DNA of 64,000 nt from Corallococcus caeni (GTDB lineage Bacteria > Myxococcota > Myxococcia > Myxococcales > Myxococcaceae): NCBI RefSeq assembly GCF_036245865.1, contig NZ_BTTW01000008.1:160396-224395 (forward strand). The letters are read 5' to 3'. The first letter of the stretch is position 1; every line of letters begins with the position of its first letter. Positions 54,402 to 64,000 of the stretch are shown here, one piece after another. The notes under the pieces were generated by a model. The model made no database searches. It was not told the origin of the DNA and saw nothing but the letters and a program-made list of their open reading frames with translations. Position numbers and translations under genes: made by a program.

Positions 54402-57400
54402 TCAGGCGCTGGCGGCGCGCATCTGGTTCTCCGCCGCGGGCTCCTCGCGCACCACGGCCGGCAGCTCCGCCGCCTCTTCCCGAAGCACCTCTTCAACGTG
54501 CGCGACGATCCGGGCGACCTCTTCCGATGGCGAGCGGAACCAGTCCGTGGACCAGATGCGGTGCAGCCTCCATCCCAGGCCCTTCAGCACCTGATCCCGG
54601 AGGCGGTCCCGGTCCCGGGCGGAACGTGACGAGTGATACCTCTCTCCGTCACACTCGACGCCAAGGACGTAACGGCCCGCTTGCCGAGGATGCCGCAGGG
54701 CCATGTCGATGAAATAACCCGCGACGCCCACCTGCGGGACCACTTCGAATCCCCGCGCGACGAGCGCCTTCGCGACGGCAATCTCGAAGTCGGAGTCGGG
54801 TGGCCGACCGCTGCCCACGCCGTGCGCCACCTTCTCTCCCTTGGCTTCGGACAGGTATCGCTGCAGGACGCGCATCCCGCGGGGACTGCTTTCCTGGACC
54901 TTGAGCTCCGACGGGTCGAAGGACGCGAACACCGTCAGCGCGCACCGCGCCCGCGTGAAGAGGACGTTCAGCCGGCGGTACCCGTCCGCTTGATTGATGG
55001 GCCCGAAGTTCATCCGGAAGCGCTCGTTCTTGTCGGGACCGAACGTGACCGACACGAAGATGGCGTCGCGCTCGTCGCCCTGGACGTTCTCCAGGTTCTT
55101 CACGTCGAAGGGCATGGGGGACTTCTCCCACTTCGCCAGGAAGGCCCGGAGGGCCGCGTCGTTCTTCTCCTCGGCAGTCACCAGGTCGTCGATGAGCTCT
55201 CGCTGCTTCGAGTTCAACGTGACGACCAGCAGGCTCTGCTCCGGGCGCGTACGCGCATGCGCCTTCACCGCCGCCAGCACCTCGCGGGCCTCGGGAACGT
55301 TCCGGTTGGACTCGTACAATCCCTGCTCCACGCGGTGGAAGTGGAGGCCCAGCCCGTCCAACTGCTCGCCGGGCGCGGGGAAGGTGATGAGGTCGCCGTT
55401 GTAGAACTCGCGGTTGCTGAAGGCGATGAGCGAGGGGTGGCGGGACCGGTAATGCCAACGCAACATGCGCATGGGAAACCGCTCCGCCGCCGCCGTGAGG
55501 ATGCTCTCCGAATCCTCCAGGAAGGACGGCCCCTGGACCTCGTCTCCCTCCGCGCCCTCGGTGTCGGCGTCCTCCTGCTCCACCTGCGCGAAGAAGCTGG
55601 TGGGAGGAAGCTGCTCCGGGTCGCCCACCACCACCAGTTGCCGACCTCGGGCAATGGCTCCCAGCGCGTCCTCGGGACGCATCTGGCTGGCCTCGTCCAT
55701 CACGACCAGGTCGAAGGTCAGCTGCCCGGCGGGCAGGTATTGGGCGACGGACTGCGGCCCCATCATGAAGCAGGGCATCAACGTCTGGAGTGCACTGCCG
55801 GCGCGTGCCACCAGCTCGCGAATGGGGAGGTGCCGCTGCTTCTTGCCCAGCTCGTGCCGCAGGAGATGCGTCTCCGTCATGCCCGCAACCTTTGCCGACG
55901 ACACGCCGGGAGGGACCGGACGCTGACTGAGTTGACGCGCCAGGTATCGGCCCTGCTTTTCGATGCAATGCGTGTCCAGGCGGGCGAACTCCTCACGCTG
56001 GGAGGCGTGAACCGCGCCCGTGAATTGATCGAGCTCCGGCTGGTCTCGCAGGATGGCTTCCGCCAGGGAGCGGAAGAAGACGGCGTCAAAGGCCGCGACC
56101 AACTGCTCCGGCTCCAGGCCGGGACGGGTGTCGACGCGCTCCAGGAACCCCAGGGTGCTCCGCGCTCGCGCGACGGCGCGCCGCTGCCGTTGGTACGCGC
56201 ACCAGGCCGGGAGCGTCGCGGACTGGCTTCGAGCCTGGCGCAGGCGCATGACCGTCGCCTGGAGCGGCTTCTCGGCGGCGGGTTCCTCCCAGGTGCCGGG
56301 CGCCATCCTTCCCAGCTCCCAGGCCTGATTGGCGGACTGGCTATAGGCGGTGAGCGCTACCTCCACGTCATGCGTGGCGGTGAGCAGGTCCGCGTGCCTC
56401 CGTGGCGTGTCCTTCCTCAGCAGCCACTCCGCCAGCCCCTCGGGCAGTGGCGCCGCGAAGAGGACGTCGACATGGCGCAGGGCGCTTCGAGGGCCCGCGA
56501 GGGACGTCTTCCGACCCCGGTATGCGATCCCTGGCAAGCCCGCCGCCGGGGCATGCGCTTCCAGCCGGTTCTCGGCTTCGCAGGCCTCGCGCACCCGGCG
56601 CAGCTGTCCCTGGAGCTGGGAAAGGGTCAAGGACGGCAGGGCATCTCCCTTTCGTGCCCAGTTCAGGACCTCACCCAGGTGTTTCAACAAGGCATCGAGG
56701 CTGTCCTGGGCCTTGCCGCAGGGTTCGGTGTTCCAGGGGGCGTGCGGCAGACCCATGCGCGTCGCGGCTTCCTGCACGGTAGTGCTCACGTCGCGGGCCT
56801 GGAGCAACTCGTCACCCCACACGCGGGTCTTCGCCAGGGCCTCCTGCCAATGGCTCGCCGGCCGCTCCAACACCGCGCGGCGGAGTTCCGCCCCTCGCTC
56901 TCCCAGCGAAAGGAGCAATGCATCGACGTTCCGGTAGGCGTCCACCCACGAAAGAATCCGGTCGAAACGCGTATCGACTCCCTGGAAGCGGGCGCCCAGG
57001 GTCGCTTTCAAGGTCGCGTCCTCGTGGAATCGCTCCCGCGCCGCGTGGTGCGCCAGCAGGTCGGTGTAACCCTGGAGCAACACGGGCCGCGTCGGACGGA
57101 CGCCGTGGGACATGGCCTGGAAGTCCCGCCTCGCCGCACGCCATGCACCCGAGAGCCAGGGGATGAAGGGCGCGGTCGAAACCGCGACGGCATGTGCCTT
57201 GAGCGTCGTGAGCGGAGGAACGAGTTCGGGCATGAAGCGCACCGCGAGCGCTCGCGCCTGGTCCTTCAGCTCCGAGCAGGTGCTGCCGGCCTTCCGAAGC
57301 AACTCCTCGGCCTCGCGCTCGACCCAACGCGCGTCCCGCCACTCCAGGGCGGCGTCATCCAGGACCGCCATCGCTTCGACGACGCGGACAAACGTCTGGA

Positions 57401-59606
57401 GCTGCTGCGGCGTCCAGAGCGTGACGTCCACCTCCAGGCATGAGGCCACTGCAGCCATGAACCGGCGTCCCTGTGCCAGGGCCCGGGCTGCTGCATCCAC
57501 CGCTTCATGCGCGCGTGTCAGCGTGATGAGCGTGGTGTCTGGCGAAAGCAGGCGCAGGGCCGTGTCGAGGATGGCTTGCGCGTCACGCACGGTGGGTACG
57601 GTCAGGTCCTCCTGGGCACGCCAGCCCGCCTCCAGCCCCGCCCACCGCGCCTGGACCGACTCGATGGCATCGAGCAGGGCGCGCAATCCCTCGCGCTGCG
57701 TGGCATCAAGCAGGGTAGGGATCAGCTCCGGAGGAGCCCCCTCCGGAAGGCGTGGAAGGACCCGGACGTTTGAGACCAGGGCATCCGCCGCGAGCGCGCT
57801 CGACCTGGGGGTGATGCCAGTTCGGACTGTGAACGCAGCCAGCGCCTTCTCCAGGAGCAGCGTGGACTCTTCCCAGGCCGCGATCCGTTGAACGAGTGTC
57901 TGGCGGTCCTTGTCCGTCAGCGCGTCGTTCGTCACCCCCGCAAAGGGGTGGGCGCAGAGGACGGGAGCGACGCGGCGAACGTCCCCCAACTGCGCAGCGA
58001 GGCCCCGAACCGTGTCGCGGACCTCCGCCAGCGCAGTGGAGGACATGCTCTCCGCGCCCTCGAAGCGCAGGCCCTCCAACTCGACGACTGCTTCTCCCAG
58101 CTCCGCTTCAGTGCGACTGACCTTCCAGAACACGTCGTGCGGTGACATGCCGAGCGCCCCGAATGGCTTGTGCATCCGCTCGGTATGCGCGCGCAGGATG
58201 CCCGCGGCGCTCGAGACCTGTTCGGTGAGCGGCCGGGGAGCGCTCGCGCCTGCGTCCAGGTTGAGCCTTCGCCGCAGGTCCTCCATGAACTGCTGCTTCT
58301 GGGTCTTGTGGCTGTGCAGCTCCAGGCAGAACTCACCCAGCCCCGCCTGCTGGAGGCGGCGTGAGACGACCTCCAGCGCCGCCAGCTTCTGCGTGACGAA
58401 CAGCACGGTCTTGCCCGCCGCCAGCGCAGCTCCGATGAGGTTGGTGATGGTCTGTGACTTCCCGGTGCCGGGCGGTCCCTGCACCACCAGGTTCTCACCC
58501 CGGAGCACGTCCACCAGCACGCTGTGCTGACTGCTGTCCGCGTCCGTGATGAGGGGTGGAGGATTCAGCTCCGGCGAGTCCAGGTCATAGACCTCGCTTC
58601 GGCGTTCCCGGAGGCCGCCTCCGCCTCCTGCGCCTCCTCCCGGTTCATTCGCCTGCGCCTGTCCTCCCATCAGCGTGCGAACGAGCGGGTTGGCCAGCGG
58701 GGAACCGTTCTGCGGCCATCGGGTTGGCTCCAGGTCCCGCCACATCAGGAGCCGCCCGAAGGACAGCAGCGTCAGCGTGACCTGCCGCTCCAGCCCCCAT
58801 CCGGGGCGCAGGCCCTTGAGCAGCGCCGTCACCTTGTCGAAGTACGCCTCCAGGCCTTCCTCGGCGGAGAAGGCCGGCAGCGCGATGCCGAACTCCTGCC
58901 TCAGCTTCTCCTGGAGCGTGAGGTTCAGCTCGATGGACTCGCCTTCGTTGTAGTCGACCTCGTAAGCGTGGACCTGGGTGTCCGGGTGGGCCTGGCCGCG
59001 CTTGAGGCTCACCGGCATGAGCACGAGCGGTGCGCTGCGCGGCTTCTCCTGCCGGGTATCACCAGACTCGTACCAGCGCAGGAACCCGAAGACGAAGTGG
59101 AGCAGGTTGGCTCCGGTCTCCTGGATGGCTGTCTGCGCGAGCCCCTGGAGGCGGTGCAGGTGGCCCTCCAGATCCTCCGGGAAGTACAACGTCTGCAGGT
59201 GGCGGTCCTGATGCTTGCGAGGAGGGGTGCCGCTCTCCGTGGGGGCCGCCTTGGGCAGCTCATACCGGGTGTCGATGCCCAGGCGCTTCGCCTGTTGAAG
59301 CAGCAGCTTCTGCCGGGCGTCCTTGCTGGGGACCTCCTCGGTCATCGAGAACACCACGGTCGCGGCGGCGGGGTCGAAGTCCTCCTGTTCCTCGGAGTCC
59401 TGCTCCGGTGGCGTCACCGGGAGGAACGTGAGCGCGCGGTGGTTGCTCAGCCGCTCGAAGACGACACCTGGAAGTTCATCCACGATTCGCAGCGACGTCC
59501 TGGCCGTGTGCTTGAAGTGGAGGAGCCGGTTGGTTGCGCTCAAATCCAGCAACCGGTTGCGTTGCCGCTGAAGCTCTTTCAGCATGACCGAGTCGTGCGG
59601 AGTCAT
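54402..59606 (-). CDS. Giant DUF4011-family SF1 (Upf1-like) helicase with a C-terminal DUF559 / PD-(D/E)xK endonuclease-like domain
   Basis: The 1734-aa protein has the N-terminal DUF4011 signature LxxLxxRLLDLSATNRLLHFK, Walker A VQGPPGTGKSQTI, motif II VVMDEASQM and motif VVVGDPEQLPP. The C-terminus (ECDGERYHSS...DRDRLRDQVLKGLGWRLHRIW) is Vsr/DUF559-like. Confidence 0.85.
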   Translation of the reverse strand: MTPHDSVMLKELQRQRNRLLDLSATNRLLHFKHTARTSLRIVDELPGVVFERLSNHRALTFLPVTPPEQDSEEQEDFDPAAATVVFSMTEEVPSKDARQKLLLQQAKRLGIDTRYELPKAAPTESGTPPRKHQDRHLQTLYFPEDLEGHLHRLQGLAQTAIQETGANLLHFVFGFLRWYESGDTRQEKPRSAPLVLMPVSLKRGQAHPDTQVHAYEVDYNEGESIELNLTLQEKLRQEFGIALPAFSAEEGLEAYFDKVTALLKGLRPGWGLERQVTLTLLSFGRLLMWRDLEPTRWPQNGSPLANPLVRTLMGGQAQANEPGGGAGGGGGLRERRSEVYDLDSPELNPPPLITDADSSQHSVLVDVLRGENLVVQGPPGTGKSQTITNLIGAALAAGKTVLFVTQKLAALEVVSRRLQQAGLGEFCLELHSHKTQKQQFMEDLRRRLNLDAGASAPRPLTEQVSSAAGILRAHTERMHKPFGALGMSPHDVFWKVSRTEAELGEAVVELEGLRFEGAESMSSTALAEVRDTVRGLAAQLGDVRRVAPVLCAHPFAGVTNDALTDKDRQTLVQRIAAWEESTLLLEKALAAFTVRTGITPRSSALAADALVSNVRVLPRLPEGAPPELIPTLLDATQREGLRALLDAIESVQARWAGLEAGWRAQEDLTVPTVRDAQAILDTALRLLSPDTTLITLTRAHEAVDAAARALAQGRRFMAAVASCLEVDVTLWTPQQLQTFVRVVEAMAVLDDAALEWRDARWVEREAEELLRKAGSTCSELKDQARALAVRFMPELVPPLTTLKAHAVAVSTAPFIPWLSGAWRAARRDFQAMSHGVRPTRPVLLQGYTDLLAHHAARERFHEDATLKATLGARFQGVDTRFDRILSWVDAYRNVDALLLSLGERGAELRRAVLERPASHWQEALAKTRVWGDELLQARDVSTTVQEAATRMGLPHAPWNTEPCGKAQDSLDALLKHLGEVLNWARKGDALPSLTLSQLQGQLRRVREACEAENRLEAHAPAAGLPGIAYRGRKTSLAGPRSALRHVDVLFAAPLPEGLAEWLLRKDTPRRHADLLTATHDVEVALTAYSQSANQAWELGRMAPGTWEEPAAEKPLQATVMRLRQARSQSATLPAWCAYQRQRRAVARARSTLGFLERVDTRPGLEPEQLVAAFDAVFFRSLAEAILRDQPELDQFTGAVHASQREEFARLDTHCIEKQGRYLARQLSQRPVPPGVSSAKVAGMTETHLLRHELGKKQRHLPIRELVARAGSALQTLMPCFMMGPQSVAQYLPAGQLTFDLVVMDEASQMRPEDALGAIARGRQLVVVGDPEQLPPTSFFAQVEQEDADTEGAEGDEVQGPSFLEDSESILTAAAERFPMRMLRWHYRSRHPSLIAFSNREFYNGDLITFPAPGEQLDGLGLHFHRVEQGLYESNRNVPEAREVLAAVKAHARTRPEQSLLVVTLNSKQRELIDDLVTAEEKNDAALRAFLAKWEKSPMPFDVKNLENVQGDERDAIFVSVTFGPDKNERFRMNFGPINQADGYRRLNVLFTRARCALTVFASFDPSELKVQESSPRGMRVLQRYLSEAKGEKVAHGVGSGRPPDSDFEIAVAKALVARGFEVVPQVGVAGYFIDMALRHPRQAGRYVLGVECDGERYHSSRSARDRDRLRDQVLKGLGWRLHRIWSTDWFRSPSEEVARIVAHVEEVLREEAAELPAVVREEPAAENQMRAASA

Positions 59607-59707
59607 GAATGTCTTCGCCCCCCCGGGCCGTCATGGGTGGGACGACCTGGCACCCCAGGTTCTGGCCCATTCCCCACGAAAGGGACATCACCCGGAAGAG
59701 GGATGGA

Positions 59708-59768
59708 CAGCCCACGAAAACGCCGCCTCGCTTCCGGAGGACCGGAAACGGGCGGCGTTTGGCACTGC
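59708..59768. repeat. Palindromic repeat element, copy X; likely terminator of the ABC-F gene (10-bp inverted repeat AAACGCCGCC/GGCGGCGTTT around a sub-hairpin)
   Basis: It lies immediately downstream of the minus-strand ABC-F stop and upstream of the helicase gene. It is about 80% identical to copy Y at 50257..50310. Confidence 0.55.
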
Positions 59769-59787
59769 CTACGGATGTGACGAAGGA

Positions 59788-61386
59788 CTACCGGCGCTTC
59801 TGCGCCGCGTCCGCGTGCTTCTCCATGAACTCCGAATACGGGCCGTTGAAGTCGAGCACTTCCTTGCCCTGCTCCAGGCTCCAGATGCGGGTCGCGACCT
59901 CGGAGATGAGCTCCTGGTCGTGCGTCACGCAGATGACCGTGCCTTCGAACTTCGACAGGCCTTCCGCCAGCGCCGCGATGGACTCCAGGTCCAGGTGGTT
60001 CGTCGGCTCGTCGAGAATCAGCACGTTGTCCTGCATGATCATCAGCTTGGACAACAGCACGCGCACCGTCTCACCACCGGAGAGCGTGTCCGTGGGCTTC
60101 ATCCGCTCCTCACCCGAGAAGAGCATCCGGCCCAGCACGCCGGAGATCTCCTCGTTGGTCAGCTTCTCGCTGATCTCCCGGAGGTAGCCGAAGCACGTCG
60201 TGCCCTTGTGGATGACGCCGTGGTGGTCCTGCGGCAGGTAGCCCACCGTCGCCTGGTGACCCCAGGTGATGGTGCCCGCGTCCGGCTCCAGCTGCCCCGC
60301 CAGCATCTTCACCAGCGTGGACTTGCCCACCGCGTTGCGGCCGATGACGCAGATGCGCTCGCCCTTGCAGACCAGCCCCTTGAACGGCTTGATGACCGGC
60401 ACCCCGTCGAAGGACTTCTTCAGGCCCTCGAACATCAGCGTCTGCCGGCCGCTGACCACCTTCTGGTCGAACCGGATGAACGGCCGCGCGATGTTCGAGC
60501 GCTTCAGGTCCTCCGTCTTCAGCTTGTCGATCTGCTTGATGCGGCTCTGCACCTGCGACGCGCGCGTACCCGCGTGGAAGCGCGCCACGAAGTCCTGCAG
60601 CTGGGCGATCTTCTTCTTCTTCTCCGCCGTCTCGGACTCCACCCGGGTCCGCAGCTGCGACTTCTGCCGGACCATGTCGTCGTAACCACCCGTGTACTGG
60701 ATGATGGTCTCGTAATCGATGTCCGCGATGTGCGTGCAGATGGAGTTCAGGAAGTGCCGGTCGTGGCTGATGGTGATCAGCACGCCCTCGTAGGCATGGA
60801 GGAAGTTCTCCAGCCAGCGGATGGAGTCGATGTCCAGGTTGTTCGTGGGCTCGTCCAACAGCAGCCCTTCCGGCTTGCCGAACAGCGCCTGCGCGAGCAA
60901 CACGCGCAGCTTCAGGCCGCCGGTGAGCTGGCGCATGGGCTCTTCGTGGAAGGACTCCTCGATGCCAAGGCCCGCCAGCAGCGTGGCCGCGTCGCTCTCC
61001 GCGGAATAGCCGTCCTCCTCCGCGATGACGCCTTCCAGCTCACCCAGCCGGTTGCCGTCCTCTTCCGTGATGTCGGCCTTGGCCAGGAGCTTGTTCTTCT
61101 CGTCCATGGCCGCCCACAGGTGGCGGTTGCCCATCAGCACCACGTCGATGACGCGGTCGTTCTCGTAGCGGAAGTGGTCCTGGCGCAGGATGCCCAGCTT
61201 CCGCGGGCGGATGATCTCGCCCATGTCCTGCTCCTCGTCACCCGCGAGGATCTTCATGAACGTGGACTTGCCGGCCCCGTTCGGACCGGTCAGGCCGTAG
61301 CGACGGCCCGGCGAGAAGGCGACGTTGACCTCCTCGAAAAGTTTCTTGGGCCCGTAGGCCTTGGAGACGTTGATGACGTTGAACAT
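59788..61386 (-). CDS. ABC-F family ATPase (two ABC domains, EttA/YbiT-like)
   Basis: The start is the internal ATG (MFNVINVSKAYG) of track ORF 59788..61803. It has two sets of Walker A/B and LSGG signature motifs (GPNGAGKST, GRNAVGKST). Confidence 0.85.
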   Translation of the reverse strand: MFNVINVSKAYGPKKLFEEVNVAFSPGRRYGLTGPNGAGKSTFMKILAGDEEQDMGEIIRPRKLGILRQDHFRYENDRVIDVVLMGNRHLWAAMDEKNKLLAKADITEEDGNRLGELEGVIAEEDGYSAESDAATLLAGLGIEESFHEEPMRQLTGGLKLRVLLAQALFGKPEGLLLDEPTNNLDIDSIRWLENFLHAYEGVLITISHDRHFLNSICTHIADIDYETIIQYTGGYDDMVRQKSQLRTRVESETAEKKKKIAQLQDFVARFHAGTRASQVQSRIKQIDKLKTEDLKRSNIARPFIRFDQKVVSGRQTLMFEGLKKSFDGVPVIKPFKGLVCKGERICVIGRNAVGKSTLVKMLAGQLEPDAGTITWGHQATVGYLPQDHHGVIHKGTTCFGYLREISEKLTNEEISGVLGRMLFSGEERMKPTDTLSGGETVRVLLSKLMIMQDNVLILDEPTNHLDLESIAALAEGLSKFEGTVICVTHDQELISEVATRIWSLEQGKEVLDFNGPYSEFMEKHADAAQKRR

Positions 61387-61612
61387 GGCGGCGGCTTGTA
61401 ACGGAAATGGCGCGGCGACCCAAGACGCGCGGTGAATCGTGTACCGGAGGACCCAATGTAACCGCCGCCACGCCCCGGAAATGCCGGCTTCCGACCCCGC
61501 CCCTGGGGGCCGGGTAGGGAAAACGGAGCCTTCCCTGGGAGGAACGGCCTCCCGGGGACCAGGCAGGCGTCCCCAGGAAGCGGGTGCCCTCGGACGGGCA
61601 GGCTGGGTATAA

Positions 61613-62791
<1,179 letters not shown>

Positions 62792-62920
62792 GCCTCGGGC
62801 GCGCGTTCCGCTGGCCGCCCCCCGGCCGGGTTGAAGAAGGCCTGACGCGGACGGCGGTATGGCGGGACGTGGCGGGTTAGCCTGCGGTGCCCGGGCGCGT
62901 AGGCCCGGCGCTCTCGCCGC

Positions 62921-64000
62921 ATGGACCCGCGCACCGCCACCCTCCTGAGTCACGTCCGCGCGAGCGCGGAGAACCGGCCCGGCGTGTACCGGTTCTTCGG
63001 TCCCGCCGGTGAGCTGCTCTACGTGGGCAAGTCCGTGCGGGTGCGCACGCGACTCCTGTCGTACTTCCGCGCGGACGAGGGCGAGAAGGCGTGGGAGATC
63101 GTCTCCCAGGCGCACCAGGTGGAGTGGGAGTACACGGCCAGCGAGTTCGCGGCGCTCCTGCACGAGTTCCGGCTCATCAAGAGCCACCGGCCGCTCTACA
63201 ACGTGGAGCACAAGCGCGACCGCGCGCACTGCTTCCTCCAGCTCACGCGCGAGGCCGTGCCCCGGCTGCGCGTGGTGGGGCAGCCCGGCGGCGGCGGGAC
63301 CGCGGAGTACTTCGGGCCCTTCCACGGCCGGCACACCATGGCGGACGTGGTGCGCGCGGTGAACGACCTGCTGGAGCTGCGCGACTGTCCGTCCGAGACG
63401 CCCATGCGGCTGGCGGATCAGATTCAACTCTTCCCCATGAAGGACGACCCGCGGTGCATGCGCGGGCAGACGGCGCGGTGCCTCTCGCCGTGCGCGGCCG
63501 GGTGCACGACGGCGGAGTACCAGGCGCAGGTCGCGCTGGCGCGGGCGTTCCTCAACGGCGAGTCGGACCGGCCGCTGGTCATCCTGCGCGAGCGCATGGC
63601 GATGGCGGCGCGGCGGCTCCAGTTCGAGTACGCGGCGGAGCTCCGCGACCGCGCGGAGCGGCTGGAGAACGTCCAGGCGTGGATCGTCGAGCTGGGGCGC
63701 ACGCTGCGGCGGCTGTCGCTGGTCTACACGGTGCGCGGGCACGGCGGCGAGGACCGCACGTACGTGCTCAGGCGGGGACGGATCCGCGCGGAGGTCCCCG
63801 CGCCCCGGACGATGGAGGAGCACGCGGCGCTGGACGCGCGGGTGCGGGACATCTTCGCCATGCCGGAGCCGGAGGCGATGGGCCTCCGCGCGCAGGAGGC
63901 CCAGGAGCTGATGCTCGTCGCGAAGTGGTTCCGCCTGCACCCGGAGGAACTGGATGCGACGGTGCCTGCCCCGGCGCGGGCTGGAAGCGATGAGCCCTTC
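62921..64000 (+). CDS. GIY-YIG nuclease-domain protein (UvrC N-terminal-like), 3' end outside the window
   Basis: My hand translation from the ATG at 62921 gives MDPRTATLLSHVRASAENRPGVYRFFGPAGELLYVGKSVRVRTRLLSYF...NVEHKRD (GIY...YVG motif). The frame stays open to the window end. It is absent from the ORF track because there is no stop. Confidence 0.55.
   Translation, partial: MDPRTATLLSHVRASAENRPGVYRFFGPAGELLYVGKSVRVRTRLLSYFRADEGEKAWEIVSQAHQVEWEYTASEFAALLHEFRLIKSHRPLYNVEHKRDRAHCFLQLTREAVPRLRVVGQPGGGGTAEYFGPFHGRHTMADVVRAVNDLLELRDCPSETPMRLADQIQLFPMKDDPRCMRGQTARCLSPCAAGCTTAEYQAQVALARAFLNGESDRPLVILRERMAMAARRLQFEYAAELRDRAERLENVQAWIVELGRTLRRLSLVYTVRGHGGEDRTYVLRRGRIRAEVPAPRTMEEHAALDARVRDIFAMPEPEAMGLRAQEAQELMLVAKWFRLHPEELDATVPAPARAGSDEPF

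Noticed and set aside
54633-57443. 936-aa plus-strand ORF
   Set aside because: It is antisense to the helicase gene, which has a full SF1 motif set.

Overview
This 64-kb window is very GC-rich (about 68-70% by eye) and reads as a myxobacterial chromosome segment (Myxococcus/Corallococcus-like). I support about 50 protein-coding genes; I found no rRNA, tRNA or CRISPR array. Many long ORFs in the track are antisense artefacts of the high GC and are listed under rejected items.

Main content, left to right:
- 1-1241: the end of a GT2-like glycosyltransferase and a single-domain response regulator.
- 1175-4339: an FHA protein divergently paired with a Ser/Thr-kinase::STAND-NTPase fusion.
- 4809-7727: a large lipoprotein built from tandem Ig-like repeats with a lamin-tail-like C-terminal domain.
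- 7976-15796: a type IV pilus minor-pilin/PilY1 cluster. The gene order is unusual (pilX, cytochrome c, pilY1, pilV, pilW, fimT) and several genes are chained by ATGA start/stop overlaps.
- 22484-26588: a spore-coat-protein-U / chaperone / usher locus (Mcu-like).
- 17415-22189 and 26593-32755: a dense set of two-component proteins flanking that locus, including two paralogous PAS histidine kinases, an NtrC-type sigma-54 activator and a multi-PAS hybrid kinase.
- 32757-32905: an IS5-family transposase relic.
- 33009-43423: a polysaccharide locus with glycosyltransferases, a HAD-like fusion protein and rfbBDAC.
- 44.7-59.6 kb: a lower-GC accessory region.
- 59788-64000: an ABC-F ATPase, tgt and a GIY-YIG protein that runs off the window.

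The accessory region is the most interesting part. It contains:
- two paralogous Cys-rich lipoproteins;
- a pseudokinase, a B12-binding radical SAM gene and a candidate 37-aa downstream peptide;
- a co-oriented three-gene locus made of a giant DUF4011/SF1-helicase/DUF559-nuclease, a DUF4041-T5orf172 protein and a membrane-anchored SIR2-like protein. I propose this three-gene locus as a candidate, apparently undescribed antiphage defence system.

Two copies of a roughly 55-bp palindromic repeat bracket that locus.

Coordinates taken from the ORF track are exact. Features I located by hand (hairpins, repeats, the transposase relic) may be off by 1-2 nt, because my hand counts disagreed with the track by one base in a few places.
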